Shown here: piece after piece, positions 52,525-64,000 of the stretch
Layout: each line of letters opens with the position of its first letter
How positions within the stretch are numbered: position 1 is the stretch's first letter
DNA from: Schmidtea polychroa
Lineage: Eukaryota
Assembly: GCA_044892525.1 (NCBI GenBank)
Contig: CM097886.1
Coordinates: 28,396,001-28,460,000, forward strand
DNA: 64,000 nt
Reading direction: 5' to 3'
Notes under the pieces: model-generated
What the model was told of the DNA's origin: nothing
The model's database searches: none
Seen by the model: the letters and a program-made list of their open reading frames with translations, nothing else
Translations under genes and position numbers: made by a program

Positions 52525-53057
52525 AATCTTCAAATCTAGAGCCGTCATCGAGATGAGATCCCAAACAACCGAGTGTATAAATCCTGATATAAACCGACAA
52601 TGATCCTGATATAATCTGACAACGATCTTGAGTTGATTGAAAATGTTCTTATTATGTGTTGACAATGATCCTGATTCGATTGACAATGATCTGAAAATGA
52701 TCTAAATTTGATTTAACAATGATCCTGACATGATTCGACAATGATATGATTTGACTATTATTGTGATTTGATGCCAATATTATATATTACTTTGATATTA
52801 TTTGAGCATAACAATTGGATTAAATTTTGTGTGGACCGACCGTGGTCTTCTTTCTCTTCATCTTTAAACCAATCTGTAGCATGTAGCGTATCAGTAGAAA
52901 CTTTTTATGTATGTGGGTATTGAGGTCACGACCCTGTAGCTCGTGGACCCAATTACATGTAGGCACTTGTAATAAAGTGCAACCAATTCTGTCTAATTAT
53001 ATCTTGAACTGTTGATTAAATTGCGGGTCGCAATTTTATGGGCCCCCGAGTGTTTTA

Positions 53058-55899
53058 TGTTGGGCTAGAACTGATTTCTAGACCCAAAGTTGGGAATGGG
53101 ACGAAATGTGTCAGTACACAACACGCATACCCAGCATTAAGTTTACTTAAATAAAAATATATAAAACACCAAGTAAACAATGATAATAGAGAGATAATAT
53201 ACCCAAAAATAAAACATCTGAATTAAAAATAAAATAAAACACGAGCAAGAAGTATTACACGAAAACTTACTCAAATATAACCGAAAGACATAAAACAACA
53301 AAAAACAAATTCGAATAAAGGCGATTAGTAAAAATTAAAAAAAAAAAATTAAAGAAAATCTTCATAAAATCTTACGTAAAGAAAATTATATCGATATTTT
53401 GAATAAAAATCCAGAACAATTCATAAAAATGGCGAAATCCATCATGACGGCCAAACGACCCAATAAAATTTATAAAAAATAAATATTTTAGTTTAAAAAA
53501 TAAATATTTTAGAAAAGAAATCATAAAAAACAATTTAAAAATAAGAAATAGATTGAATTTAGCATGGACTGTTCTGGAAATGCTGAAATCCATCATGGAG
53601 GCAAATTTAATAAAAAATAATTCGAAAATAAAATTTCAAAAATAAAAACAAAAATTCTTACTGAAAAATCGCCATCAAAATCGATAAAAATTAAAAATCG
53701 AATGTTCGAGAATTAAAATAATCTGAATTTGTTTTACTGCATCAATGCACGCATGTATACTTACACGTCAAACAGAGGCTATATAAACTAACACATTTCG
53801 TCACTTTTTAAGCAAAGAAAAAAAAATGCAAATGAATATTTTTACTCTTATGCCAAATTTTTGGTTTTGATTTTTCTGAGATTGTAGGTAAGGACGATTT
53901 CATTGTGAATTATAAATTATTATTATTGAAACCTTGTTTTCATTATTTCTTTTTAACTATAGAAATGTAGGTTTGAGTGAGATCGTCGGTTATCATTGAT
54001 TTTGAAGCGAGATCCCAGTCAACCCTGCACCTATGCACTTCATCATCGATGAGTAAACAGCCCACAATGATCGCAGGCCACTGCCTGGCACGCACTTATC
54101 AATATTATTGGTTTTTTTTGTTCAGGTCATTCGGAGGTCGCACCACTTCATGGTTCTGCCATGGAGTTAAGTCGATGAAATCCTCCGTCTGACTCTACCT
54201 ATTTATTATAGGTCAGCCGTAAAGGGTTGACTTACCACACAACAGTAAGGTTTGTCGTAGTGGTCACAGTGGGCCGCGAAAGCAAACACTCTTCCCGACT
54301 TTCAATACATGAATAACTTACATAGTTAAAATCTACATCCAAAATCATCACAATACAATACACTAAGGTTAATAAACAGAGTAGATCTCAGACCTAAATT
54401 AATCACAACTCTACAACTCACAATTAATGTAGACGGTTAAATATCATCAAAAACCAACTCTACCTATACGTTTGTCGAATCTAGATTTATAAATGTCCTA
54501 AATAAATTTTCTAGTAATAATGTAAAGTAAAGATTTTTTTCTAAATGATTGATTTAGTAGCGATAGTATTCATAAAGGTGTTCGACATGCGTATCGGCAA
54601 GACTTGGATTTTAAATTGAATAGACTCTGAACTAACTATAAAAATACAAATCGTAAACCCATAAAAGTATAAATTATCATCTCAATTGCATAAAAATATG
54701 AATTATACTTATAGATTTAATTTCTTCAAAATATAAATTATGATTAGTTATAAAGGTATAAATTACAAATTTAATTTTTCAAAAATATAAATTACAAGTT
54801 TATATTGACTGTAAAATTATAAATTATAACTCTAAGTTAATTACAAAAGTATAAATTATAATCCTAATTTCATAAAAATATAAATTATAATTAGTTATAA
54901 AAGTATAAATTATAAATTTAATTTCCTGAAAATATAAATTACAAATTTACATTGACTATAAATTATAAATTATAACTCTAAGTTAATTACAAAAGTATAA
55001 ATTATAATCCTAATTTCATAAAAATATAAATTATAAATTATAACTCTAAGTTGATTGTAAAAGTATAAATTATAATCTTAATTTCTTCAAAATATAAATC
55101 ATGATCTTAAAAGTATAAATTATAAAATTATATTAGCTACAAAATATAAACTATAAATTTACCTTAACTTCATAAAAATATAAATCATAAACTTAAAAAT
55201 ATAACTTATAAAATTATATTAGCTTTAGAAATATAAACTATAAATTGAACTTCACCAAATATAAATTATACACTTAAAAAAAAAAAATAAATTATAAAAT
55301 TATATTAGCTTTAAAATATAAACCATAAAATTAGCTTCATAAAAATATAAATTATAAACTTAAAAATACAAATTATAAAATTATATTAGCTTTGGGAATA
55401 TAAACTATAAATTGAACTTCACCAAATATAAATTATAAACTTAAAAGTATAAATTATAAAATTATATCAGTTCTAAAATATAAACTATAAATTTAACTTC
55501 ATAAAAATATAAATTATAAAATTATATTAGCTTTAAAATATAAACTATAAATTTAACTTAACTTAGATTGCCTTTAACATCATAGTTGAAAATTTTTCAT
55601 CAAAGACCCCCCATAAACCATATAGTCATCAACTACCACCTAAATATACTAAATTAGCTTATCTTAATATATATTTAACTTATATTATATTTTAAAATAT
55701 AAATTGAAAATTTTCATAAATGACCCCCCTTCAAATTATGTAGCCATTAACTATTCCTTAGGTATACTGAATTGTATCATCTTCGTATAGAGTCAAATTA
55801 TATTTCAAACCAAAAAAAAAAAAAAAAATAATAATTCCATAAATTTTCGTAAATGATCCCCCCCCCATATGTAGTAATCTTATAAAAATATAAATTTAC

Positions 55900-55933
<34 letters not shown>

Positions 55934-58418
55934 GTTATTATTATTATTATTATTATTATTAGCATTGTTACCAGTAACATTATCACTCTTACTATTATTA
56001 TTACTATTATCATTATTATTATTATATTATTAAAATAATTATCTTTATTTCATAAAAATAAAATTATAAAACAAATTATTGATTTTGGGATTCCCCTATC
56101 TCTAAATTTAGTTTCAATGGCCCTATCTTCCAATAAAATTACGGAAAATCACTAAAATCTATTTTTAGTAACACCCCCCCCCTGAAAACGACATCAATAT
56201 TATTAATTTAAATTATATCCATATATGTATATATGTGTGGGTGTATATGTATGTGTATATATAAGTGGATGTGTGTATGTACATACCGATTTATAAAACA
56301 ACCTTATAACCATACGATAACCTTCCCCCTCAAGACCCCTGTTATGTAATGGTCACAACCCCTTTAAGGTGATGGAACGAGGATAGAGTAGTTTACTGAA
56401 GTAATTTAGTAGAATCATTTATTAATTTATTAAAATTATTGGATTTATTTTTAACTAGATCAAAAGAAGAAAAAGAAAAACAAAGACTAAGTTTATTGAT
56501 TTCGATCATCAAATTTATTCACATAATTGTTTCTTTGAATCATATTCATACCAAAAAGTCCTTCGAGCTCAGTTGATGGACCATCCCGATGAAATACATT
56601 TCCTGGGGTTGGAAAATGGAAAACTTATATTAAAATATCTTTCAGAATTTCTTTTAGATTTCCACAATTAAATAATTCCAAATTATTTCTCACAAATATA
56701 TTCGATCAAAAAGAATTTTAATATTTTATTTAATTACAACATCCTGAATTTATTTCTTTGCTTGGCTGCTTTAAGATCATAAATGGGCATTTTTCATTTA
56801 TTAATCGGATAAGATCAGTTTTTCTGTACAACCTTTACATTCTTCACCCCAGCTTTCTAATATTTTTTGAGATCTTTAACGCGAGCTTTGTTTAGATTAA
56901 TACCAGTAAGATCAATAGGTTTGTCTGAAAAATAGTTGAATTAATATTTAAAATCTTAACTGAACATACCATATTTTAATTCACCAATTTGTGCATCAAT
57001 TGCTTTTAGTTTTTCAGACTTTTTCAGCGGGCATAACCCAACTCAAAGGCCGAGACAAATGTTTTACAATATATGCAGTAGATGTTACCAATCCTCCAAT
57101 ATAATAACACTAAAAATAAATTACAATTTTATAGTAATCAGTTATAATACCTTACCAGACTTTATTCTTTTCCTTTACTTGTTTTGCTCATCTTTTTGAA
57201 TTTATTTTCAATATTTTCGATATTTGTACTTTCATCTCCATCTAGACTATCTTTCAGGCGTCTCACAAACTTAACACAAACTGAACAATTTTTAAATATA
57301 ATAAAAATAAGTGCCAAATACCTTCGCAATTATTTTCATTAACTGTAGCTGACATTACATAGTAAACAATGATTAGAAAAGAAAAACTGATAAAATTTTC
57401 ATTGCAAAATATTACTAATATAAAAAAAAATGGTTTGTTAAAAAAAAATAATTAGTTAAAACAAGTTTAAAATACTTCAAACTGACGTATAAGTTTTGTT
57501 TAAAATGTAAGTAACGAGTATTGTAAAATTAATTTAATATTATTATAAATTTTGAATTAAAATTTTCTTAAAATTCTAGAAAAAAAAAAATCTATTATTA
57601 ATAGAAAACAAATTTTTAAAAATAAATAAAGTTTGAGTCAATTTGAATTTTCTAGAAGTATCTCTTAAAATTATATAGGGAATTGTTTTGTAACAGTTAT
57701 TGATGTATTTTGAATTTATTTAACTTGAATTAAAAATATAATATTAACAAAAATGTATTGTGAGATTTTGATTGTTGATCTAACCATCTCTCTATAACTA
57801 CCCGGGCTCAACAAAGGGGAGTGTCATTGTAGGTCAACTAGGACAGTCATAGTCACCGCGAAATACGCTTAGTCAAATAATACGCGGTCATAAACAATCA
57901 TGGTTCTTGTAAAGTTATTATATTTTGTTGTTGTGGTTGGTGAAATTTCTGACCCTTATTTGTATGTTCACTAATATATAAGTTGTTTGTTTTTTGATTA
58001 TTTTCTAATTAAATTCATTATTCCCAAAAATTTCTTAAGGTATGTTTAATAAACTTTGGCTATGTTTCACTTAATTTGTGGTATTGTATGAACAGGTTTT
58101 AATGGATTAATGTATGATTCCTGATGACTTATGATCGTTTGAGGATAGAAAGTTTGTATAGGCATAGTTGAGAAAGTAATTATAATAAGGGACCTGCGTA
58201 AATCGGACATATATCTTCTAACGATAGTCCGTGAACCCCGTAGAGTGCTCGACAATTACAGTGCAAGTAGTGCGCTCACTTTTTGCGAGCACTCACCCTC
58301 TTGATACAGTACCAACGTTGATCATTCAACGGGTATCAAGCGGTAAACAATGTTGTATCTTGGGTTACGCTGGTAACAGCACTAAAGAGCAAAATATTTG
58401 ATCATCAGTAACCCACCA
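53058..58418 (+). repeat. 3' LTR (5361 bp)
   Basis: Near-identical to 37504-42862; followed by TSD CGAG. Confidence 0.95.
56734..57402 (-). pseudogene. MANF: Captured MANF/ARMET gene copy (in 3' LTR)
   Basis: Same sequence and lesions as 41178-41846. Confidence 0.92.
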
Positions 58419-58630
58419 CGAGTTACGACAAAGACATGATTATAAAATGATGATTGATGCATGAAAATAATTAAATTTAATTAAAAATAATTTATTAATT
58501 AAAATATTTCATCTTATTTGAATATAATTTCAAAAAGACTTCTGAAAGTAATTACGATAATATTCACTCATCAGAATTGCTAGTGTACCCCTAAATTTTA
58601 TTCAAATTAATAAAACTTGACAGTTTTTAT

Positions 58631-59272
58631 TCATGCAACTTGGTTGTTAATATTTTCATTGAGATTGTTATTTTCCGATTTGTCTCCCGATTCTGAACTC
58701 CCGCCGCTTCTATTATCTTCGTCAATGTCTTTATCTATGCATATTTTCGGTATTATCATTGGTTTTTTAGCGGGATTTTCTTTCGAACGAAACAATTTGA
58801 ATGCATTAATTGAACTCGGTAAAGTACTTTTCGTAGGATCTTTTTCACATATTTCCGTGGAAATTGCTCTTGACAACAATTCTCTTACCTTTTCCTTCGG
58901 ACTTTTATCGACTGGCATTAATCGAAGAATTTTCTGTTTGTCTGAGTTGTGTCGGATGCTTTGTATTTCTTTCAAATACAGAGAAATCGTTTTGTCCATC
59001 CGGTTTTTGCGTATTGTCGACGCAATTAACAAAGCGATACATAATCCCCAAATGAAAATCACAGCCGACACATAAATTCCAGCACCTTTCGGGTCATAGT
59101 TGATCATGAACTGTCGGCGTTCCAGTTGCTCAGGAGTTAAAGAATCGGCTTGAGGATCGTTGCTTAGAATTGACACTAAAAGATAATTTGCTGACCCGTT
59201 AATTGATTCCAATTTCAAACGGAATTTATCCTTGCTCAAAAGAAGTTGATGAAGGGTGTGATGAACCCACAT
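58631..59272 (-). CDS. Uncharacterised single-pass membrane protein (213 aa)
   Basis: One hydrophobic segment GAGIYVSAVIFIWGLCIALLIASTI followed by a basic stop-transfer RKNR; intronless. Confidence 0.65.
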   Translation of the reverse strand: MWVHHTLHQLLLSKDKFRLKLESINGSANYLLVSILSNDPQADSLTPEQLERRQFMINYDPKGAGIYVSAVIFIWGLCIALLIASTIRKNRMDKTISLYLKEIQSIRHNSDKQKILRLMPVDKSPKEKVRELLSRAISTEICEKDPTKSTLPSSINAFKLFRSKENPAKKPMIIPKICIDKDIDEDNRSGGSSESGDKSENNNLNENINNQVA

Positions 59273-60680
59273 TGTATGATTTCAAAAATCTAGAGAAAAC
59301 AATATAATTGATTAATTCAATAATTAGGAGAGAAGTTTCTAACTTGCAAAAGAAAAATAATGAATAACATTACTTCAGCCTATCAAATTTGAAATTTCCT
59401 CATCCTCAATTCCATGGGAGAAGAAAAACAAATTTATTCAATATGTTTGGCATTCTGTAAAACTATGATGGGCTCACGGCATAAAGGATAAAAAGAAAAC
59501 GGGTTTGAAAAAAATAACTTAGGTCAAGTGGATTCAAGTTAACTTTTATCTGGAACAAATTTGGCAGTAAATAATTTTATTAAATGCAATTTGAAATTAA
59601 TCACCCCATTTTACTTCTGTTTTATTTTTATGGTTGTTTTTTGTTGGTTATTTAGACATTTCAAATAATTTCATTATTAATTTAATTTAATTAACTTATT
59701 AAAAAAATTAAAAAAACTAGTAAACAAATAAAAAAAATTAAACTAACAAAATAAATAGCAATAATTTTCATATTTATACTAAAACATTTTTTCTTTAATA
59801 AAAGTATTATTTATTATGATTTTACATTTATATTTATATTGGTTATCGATATTGACGGATATTATTATTGTTATTGGTATGATTTGAGTCAGAAACATTT
59901 TGGTTGAGATTATTACAATTATTNNNNNNNNNNNNNNNNNNNNNNNNNNNNNNNNNNNNNNNNNNNNNNNNNNNNNNNNNNNNNNNNNNNNNNNNNNNNN
60001 NNNNNNNNNNNNNNNNNNNNNNNNNNNNNNNNNNNNNNNNNNNNNNNNNNNNNNNNNNNNNNNNNNNNNNNNNNNNNNNNNNNNNNNNNNNNNNNNNNNN
60101 NNNNNNNNNNNNNNNNNNNNNNNNNNNNNTATTATTATATATCAGTATGTTTGTGGTATGTTGAAATTATAGAATTAGTTTGCTCTGAATATTATTTATA
60201 TTTAGATAAATTCTCCACATATTAAAAAATTGTTTTTGTTTCAATAATATATTTTGGAAACGGCTTATAAAGTAAAATCTTCTTTTAATATGGTCTTTGC
60301 GTGGTCATCATATACAATTTCAATGTACCACAAACATACGGATATATAATAATATTTTAAATACATCTTACAATTATTATTATTAGTATTATTTGGTAAT
60401 TTTTAAAATCTGACAGACTTGCCTGTATTTTTTATTTATAATACATTTTAGTTTATTATCATTATTAATGGAATGTTTTTAACGTCGATTGTTACGTTAT
60501 CAAAAACTTTGGCTAGTGTTAAAATTAATAAAATTTAGATTGATTTAAAATTTTTTCAAATTTCATTTTCAAAAATCAAATGAAAATTATTCAAAGAGAA
60601 TATGATATGAAAAATTAATTAAAATCTGATTGCTAGAGTCTTATCAACATTTCAGATAAAAAGACAAATTAGTTGACCCA

Positions 60681-62606
60681 ATGATAAGATCTACCAATTC
60701 TAACAATGTTGAATCGGGCAATGGAAATTCAGATTTATTCAAGTACAAATCTCATTATGCAAATTTGGTTAGAAGTTATCAAGAATTAACTCAGAAACAG
60801 CAGCAATTGTCATTGTCTCTTTCTACGGACAAATCTCCTAATGAATTAATCAAGTTGATTTCGATTGACAACCTTTTCGATGCATATGCCTTGAAAGTCG
60901 CTAAGAAGAAGGATACATACGAAAAGATTAGCACCCTCGAAGGCATTTGTGAAGGAAATGACATTTTTCTCGTAAAGCGATGGAAAAGAAAGTGTCGATT
61001 TATGTTGGAATTAATCGCAGAATTGTACAAGACATATGTAGACTTGTTCCATAAGTACATAAAAGAACAACCATCGGAAAATGATGTACAACAAGTGACA
61101 AATAATTTGTCAAATATTTTCGAACATAAAATATCAAAAACGACTTCAACTGAATTCGACAAATGGGACATAATAGTGACAGTGACTGAACCGTTTCTCA
61201 ATGATCTTATAACTAATTATACCAATTATAAAAACGAACTCAATCAACAAATGATCGTGAAAGAACGATTATTTTATGTACTTAAACGAGCAAAAGATCA
61301 ACGGGCTCGATTAAAGATCTATGTGAATAATTTACGAGATGAAATACGTTACGCGGAGAAAAAGTTGAGAGAAACTGCGGAGATTATGAACACCAAAATT
61401 TTATCAAATTCAACGGATGATGTATCATCTATGATGGAGGATTCCCATAATCTTGATGTCAATCATTTGCAGGCCAACTCCGAACTCAACGAACGAAGTT
61501 ACTTTGAAAACAGAATTAATGAATTAGAAAAAATCATCAAAGAAGAAGAAACAAGACGAAAACTTTTGCATAACAAATTCCAAGAGTTGATAGGAAACAT
61601 TCGAGTTTATTGCCGAATTAGGCCGAGTGAAAATTGCTGCTTAAAAGTGTCCAATGATGACAAATTAATAGTTCCCATAGATAATTTATCCGAGAAAATT
61701 TCAAAATCTTTAGGAACTCATGTCAAATGTTTTATTTTCGATAAAGTTTATAACATGAATTGTGATCAAGAAAGCGTATATGCTTCGGTGGACTCACTAA
61801 TCACTTCATGTGTTGACGGGTATAATGTTTGCATTATGGCCTACGGTCAAACCGGAAGCGGGAAAACATACACCATGGTTGGGTCAGATGAAGATCCGGG
61901 CATTAACAAGCGTTCTATCAAACAGCTTCTAACTTTGTGTTCTTCGAGAAATCAATGGAAATACAAATTAACTTTGAGTATAAGTGAAATTTATCAAGAA
62001 GAGATTTATGATCTTTTAAAGATTCCAACTGTTTCTGAAGCTTCCAATTCAACAAAAAATAATCAAATTAAAGTCTTTTCCAATAAAGACAGCGAAATCA
62101 TTCTGCAAGGACTGTCAGAAAAGGAAGTAGACGATGAAGCAGGGATTTACGAGTTGTTAAAAATAGGCGAAATTAACCGAAAAGTTGGGTCGACTTTGTT
62201 AAATATATCTAGTTCTAGATCACATTTGATATTATTCATTAAAATTAGCGGTACCAGTGAGGTTCAAGGAATCACTAGCAGAGGAACATTAACTCTGTGC
62301 GATCTAGCTGGCTCAGAAAATATTTGTAAATCTGGCGCTACTGGCACCCGATTTCAAGAAGCAACGTCCATAAATAAATCTCTAACAACTCTTGGTAGAG
62401 TTTTCGATTCTCTTCGAAAGAATCAAAAACCTGCTTACAGAGAAAGTAAATTAACTCACATTCTTAAACCGACATTGGGTGGAGATTCTAAATGTCTTTT
62501 ATTCGTTAATGTTCGTTCCGAATCTGAGAATGTTCACGAAACGTTAGGGACTTTGTATTTTGGTCAGAATGCAATGCAAGTTATGCCAGAAAAATGTAAG
62601 CATTGA
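60681..62606 (+). CDS. Kinesin-14 family C-terminal motor protein (KIFC3/KIF25-like), 641 aa, intronless
   Basis: N-terminal coiled coil; neck ELIGNIRVYCRIRP; P-loop GQTGSGKT; switch I SSRSH; switch II DLAGSE; YRESKLTHIL. Confidence 0.95.
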   Translation: MIRSTNSNNVESGNGNSDLFKYKSHYANLVRSYQELTQKQQQLSLSLSTDKSPNELIKLISIDNLFDAYALKVAKKKDTYEKISTLEGICEGNDIFLVKRWKRKCRFMLELIAELYKTYVDLFHKYIKEQPSENDVQQVTNNLSNIFEHKISKTTSTEFDKWDIIVTVTEPFLNDLITNYTNYKNELNQQMIVKERLFYVLKRAKDQRARLKIYVNNLRDEIRYAEKKLRETAEIMNTKILSNSTDDVSSMMEDSHNLDVNHLQANSELNERSYFENRINELEKIIKEEETRRKLLHNKFQELIGNIRVYCRIRPSENCCLKVSNDDKLIVPIDNLSEKISKSLGTHVKCFIFDKVYNMNCDQESVYASVDSLITSCVDGYNVCIMAYGQTGSGKTYTMVGSDEDPGINKRSIKQLLTLCSSRNQWKYKLTLSISEIYQEEIYDLLKIPTVSEASNSTKNNQIKVFSNKDSEIILQGLSEKEVDDEAGIYELLKIGEINRKVGSTLLNISSSRSHLILFIKISGTSEVQGITSRGTLTLCDLAGSENICKSGATGTRFQEATSINKSLTTLGRVFDSLRKNQKPAYRESKLTHILKPTLGGDSKCLLFVNVRSESENVHETLGTLYFGQNAMQVMPEKCKH

Positions 62607-63296
62607 TATGAAAATTTGGTACTATATATGTAATAAAGTTGATACGTTATTCTATTTTTAGAAGTGAAAAGATAGTGAAAAGATCAATTGTAAAGATGTT
62701 ATAAAGGATCTTTACTAAAAGATAACTTCAAATAGTGAAAGTGGCATAATTAAAACAAAGCTACCAAACATGAAATATTCAGACCGATTTCAGTAGTATC
62801 ATTTTCAAAGGGATCGTAATTTTGCACAATATAAAATTAACAGATGTGCAATATCTGGCACTGGTTCAGTATCGTCATCTTTTGTGCAAGTATGATACTG
62901 GACAAGTACCCACTTTCTTTGGATATATAAAGATTTTGTACACTAAAACTAACATTTACACACTAAGTTTGACCCACTAAAATATCATTTTTGCAACTAA
63001 TATATTACGTCAGGGGTTCGAATCTTATTTTGCTCACGTAGCACCTAATGACCAAAAAAAATTGACAAATCACATATTTTTTCTTTGCCTAAAAATATCT
63101 TGTAAAAGATGTGAATTGTTGTTCTGTATGCTTTAATGTCATACAAGACAACCTTTACAATAAAAGCTTAATTTTTTAAACTTTTTTTTAAGCAGAAAAA
63201 ACATTTTTTTAATAGAGCTTTATTTAACTTTTTCAAATTTGAAAATGACACAAACAATCAATGGGATATTATATTGTTGTTAGTGGCATGTATGTA

Positions 63297-64000
63297 TGTT
63301 GGGCTAGAACTGATTTCTAGATCCAAAGTGGTGGGTTACTGATGATCAAATATTTTGCTCTTTAGTGCTGTTACCAGCGTAACCCAAGATACAACATTGT
63401 TTACCGCTTGATACCCGTTGAATGATCAACGTTGGTACTGTATCAAGAGGGTGAGTGCTCGCAAAAAGTGAGCGCACTACTTGCACTGTAATTGTCGAGC
63501 ACTCTACTGGGTTCACGGACTATCGTTAGAAGATATATGTCCGATTTACGCAGGTCCCTTATTATAATTACTTTCTCAACTATGCCTATACAAACTTTCT
63601 ATCCTCAAACGATCATAAGTCATCAGGAATCATACATTAATCTATTAAAACCTGTTCATACAATACCACATCTAAAATGTTTGAATATAAATTAAGTGAA
63701 ACATAGCCATAGTTTATTAAACATACCTTAAGAAATTTTTGAGGATAATGAATTTAATTATAACACAATCAAAAAAAAAACAACTTATATATTAGTGAAC
63801 ATACAAATAAGGGTCAGAAATTTCACCAACCACAACAACAAAATATAATAACTTTACAAGAACCATGATTGTTTATGACCGCGTATTATTTGACTAAGCG
63901 TATTTCGCGGTGACTATGACTGTCCTAGTTGACCTACAATGACACTCCCCTTTGTTGAGCCCGGGTAGTTATAGAGAGATGGTTAGATCAACAATCAAAA
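63297..64000. mobile_element. 32-bp LTR 5' stub (+) joined to an inverted LTR 3' end (-) that runs off the window
   Basis: 63297-63328 equals LTR nt 1-32 (one substitution); 63329-64000 is the reverse complement of ~42207-42862 with scattered substitutions and a short insertion near 63668. Confidence 0.9.

Larger units (their letters stand above)
37504..58418 (+). mobile_element. Complete 20.9-kb non-autonomous LTR retroelement with giant LTRs; gag plus membrane-protein ORF, no pol
   Basis: Direct repeats 37504-42862 and 53058-58418 with TG...CA ends; 4-bp TSD CGAG (37500-37503, 58419-58422); PBS at 42871; gag ORF. Confidence 0.95.

Noticed and set aside
37504-58418. Plain segmental duplication or assembly artefact
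   Set aside because: TG..CA ends, TSD, PBS and gag sit exactly where an LTR element predicts; independent diverged copies end at the same bases.
63011-63290. hAT-like end CAGGGGTTCGAATC
   Set aside because: No matching right TIR or TSD in the window.

Overview
AT-rich animal genomic DNA with very short (41-53 nt) GT-AG introns and four N gaps. From 1 to 13.4 kb: a multi-exon CCDC60-like gene whose introns and upstream flank carry DNA-transposon MITEs (hAT, TA-flanked Tc1/pogo-like, Mutator-like). From 14 to 64 kb: a cluster of one family of giant-LTR retroelements, interleaved with three intronless ORFs (901-aa orphan, single-pass membrane protein, kinesin-14). The centrepiece is a complete 20.9-kb element (37504-58418) with near-identical 5.36-kb TG...CA LTRs, a 4-bp TSD (CGAG) and a tRNA-Pro-like PBS. 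It encodes a three-knuckle Gag, a type-I membrane glycoprotein-like ORF and a decayed RING gene, but no recognisable protease, RT, RNase H or integrase. Each LTR carries a full-length, intron-containing, disabled antisense copy of the host MANF/ARMET gene. Diverged sister LTRs (24418-34240 with a ~70-copy 79-bp satellite; ~35785-36417; 63297-64000) keep the same termini, including a 57-nt CCA-ended stem-loop, around different middle segments. Protein family calls come from recalled motifs, not database searches.
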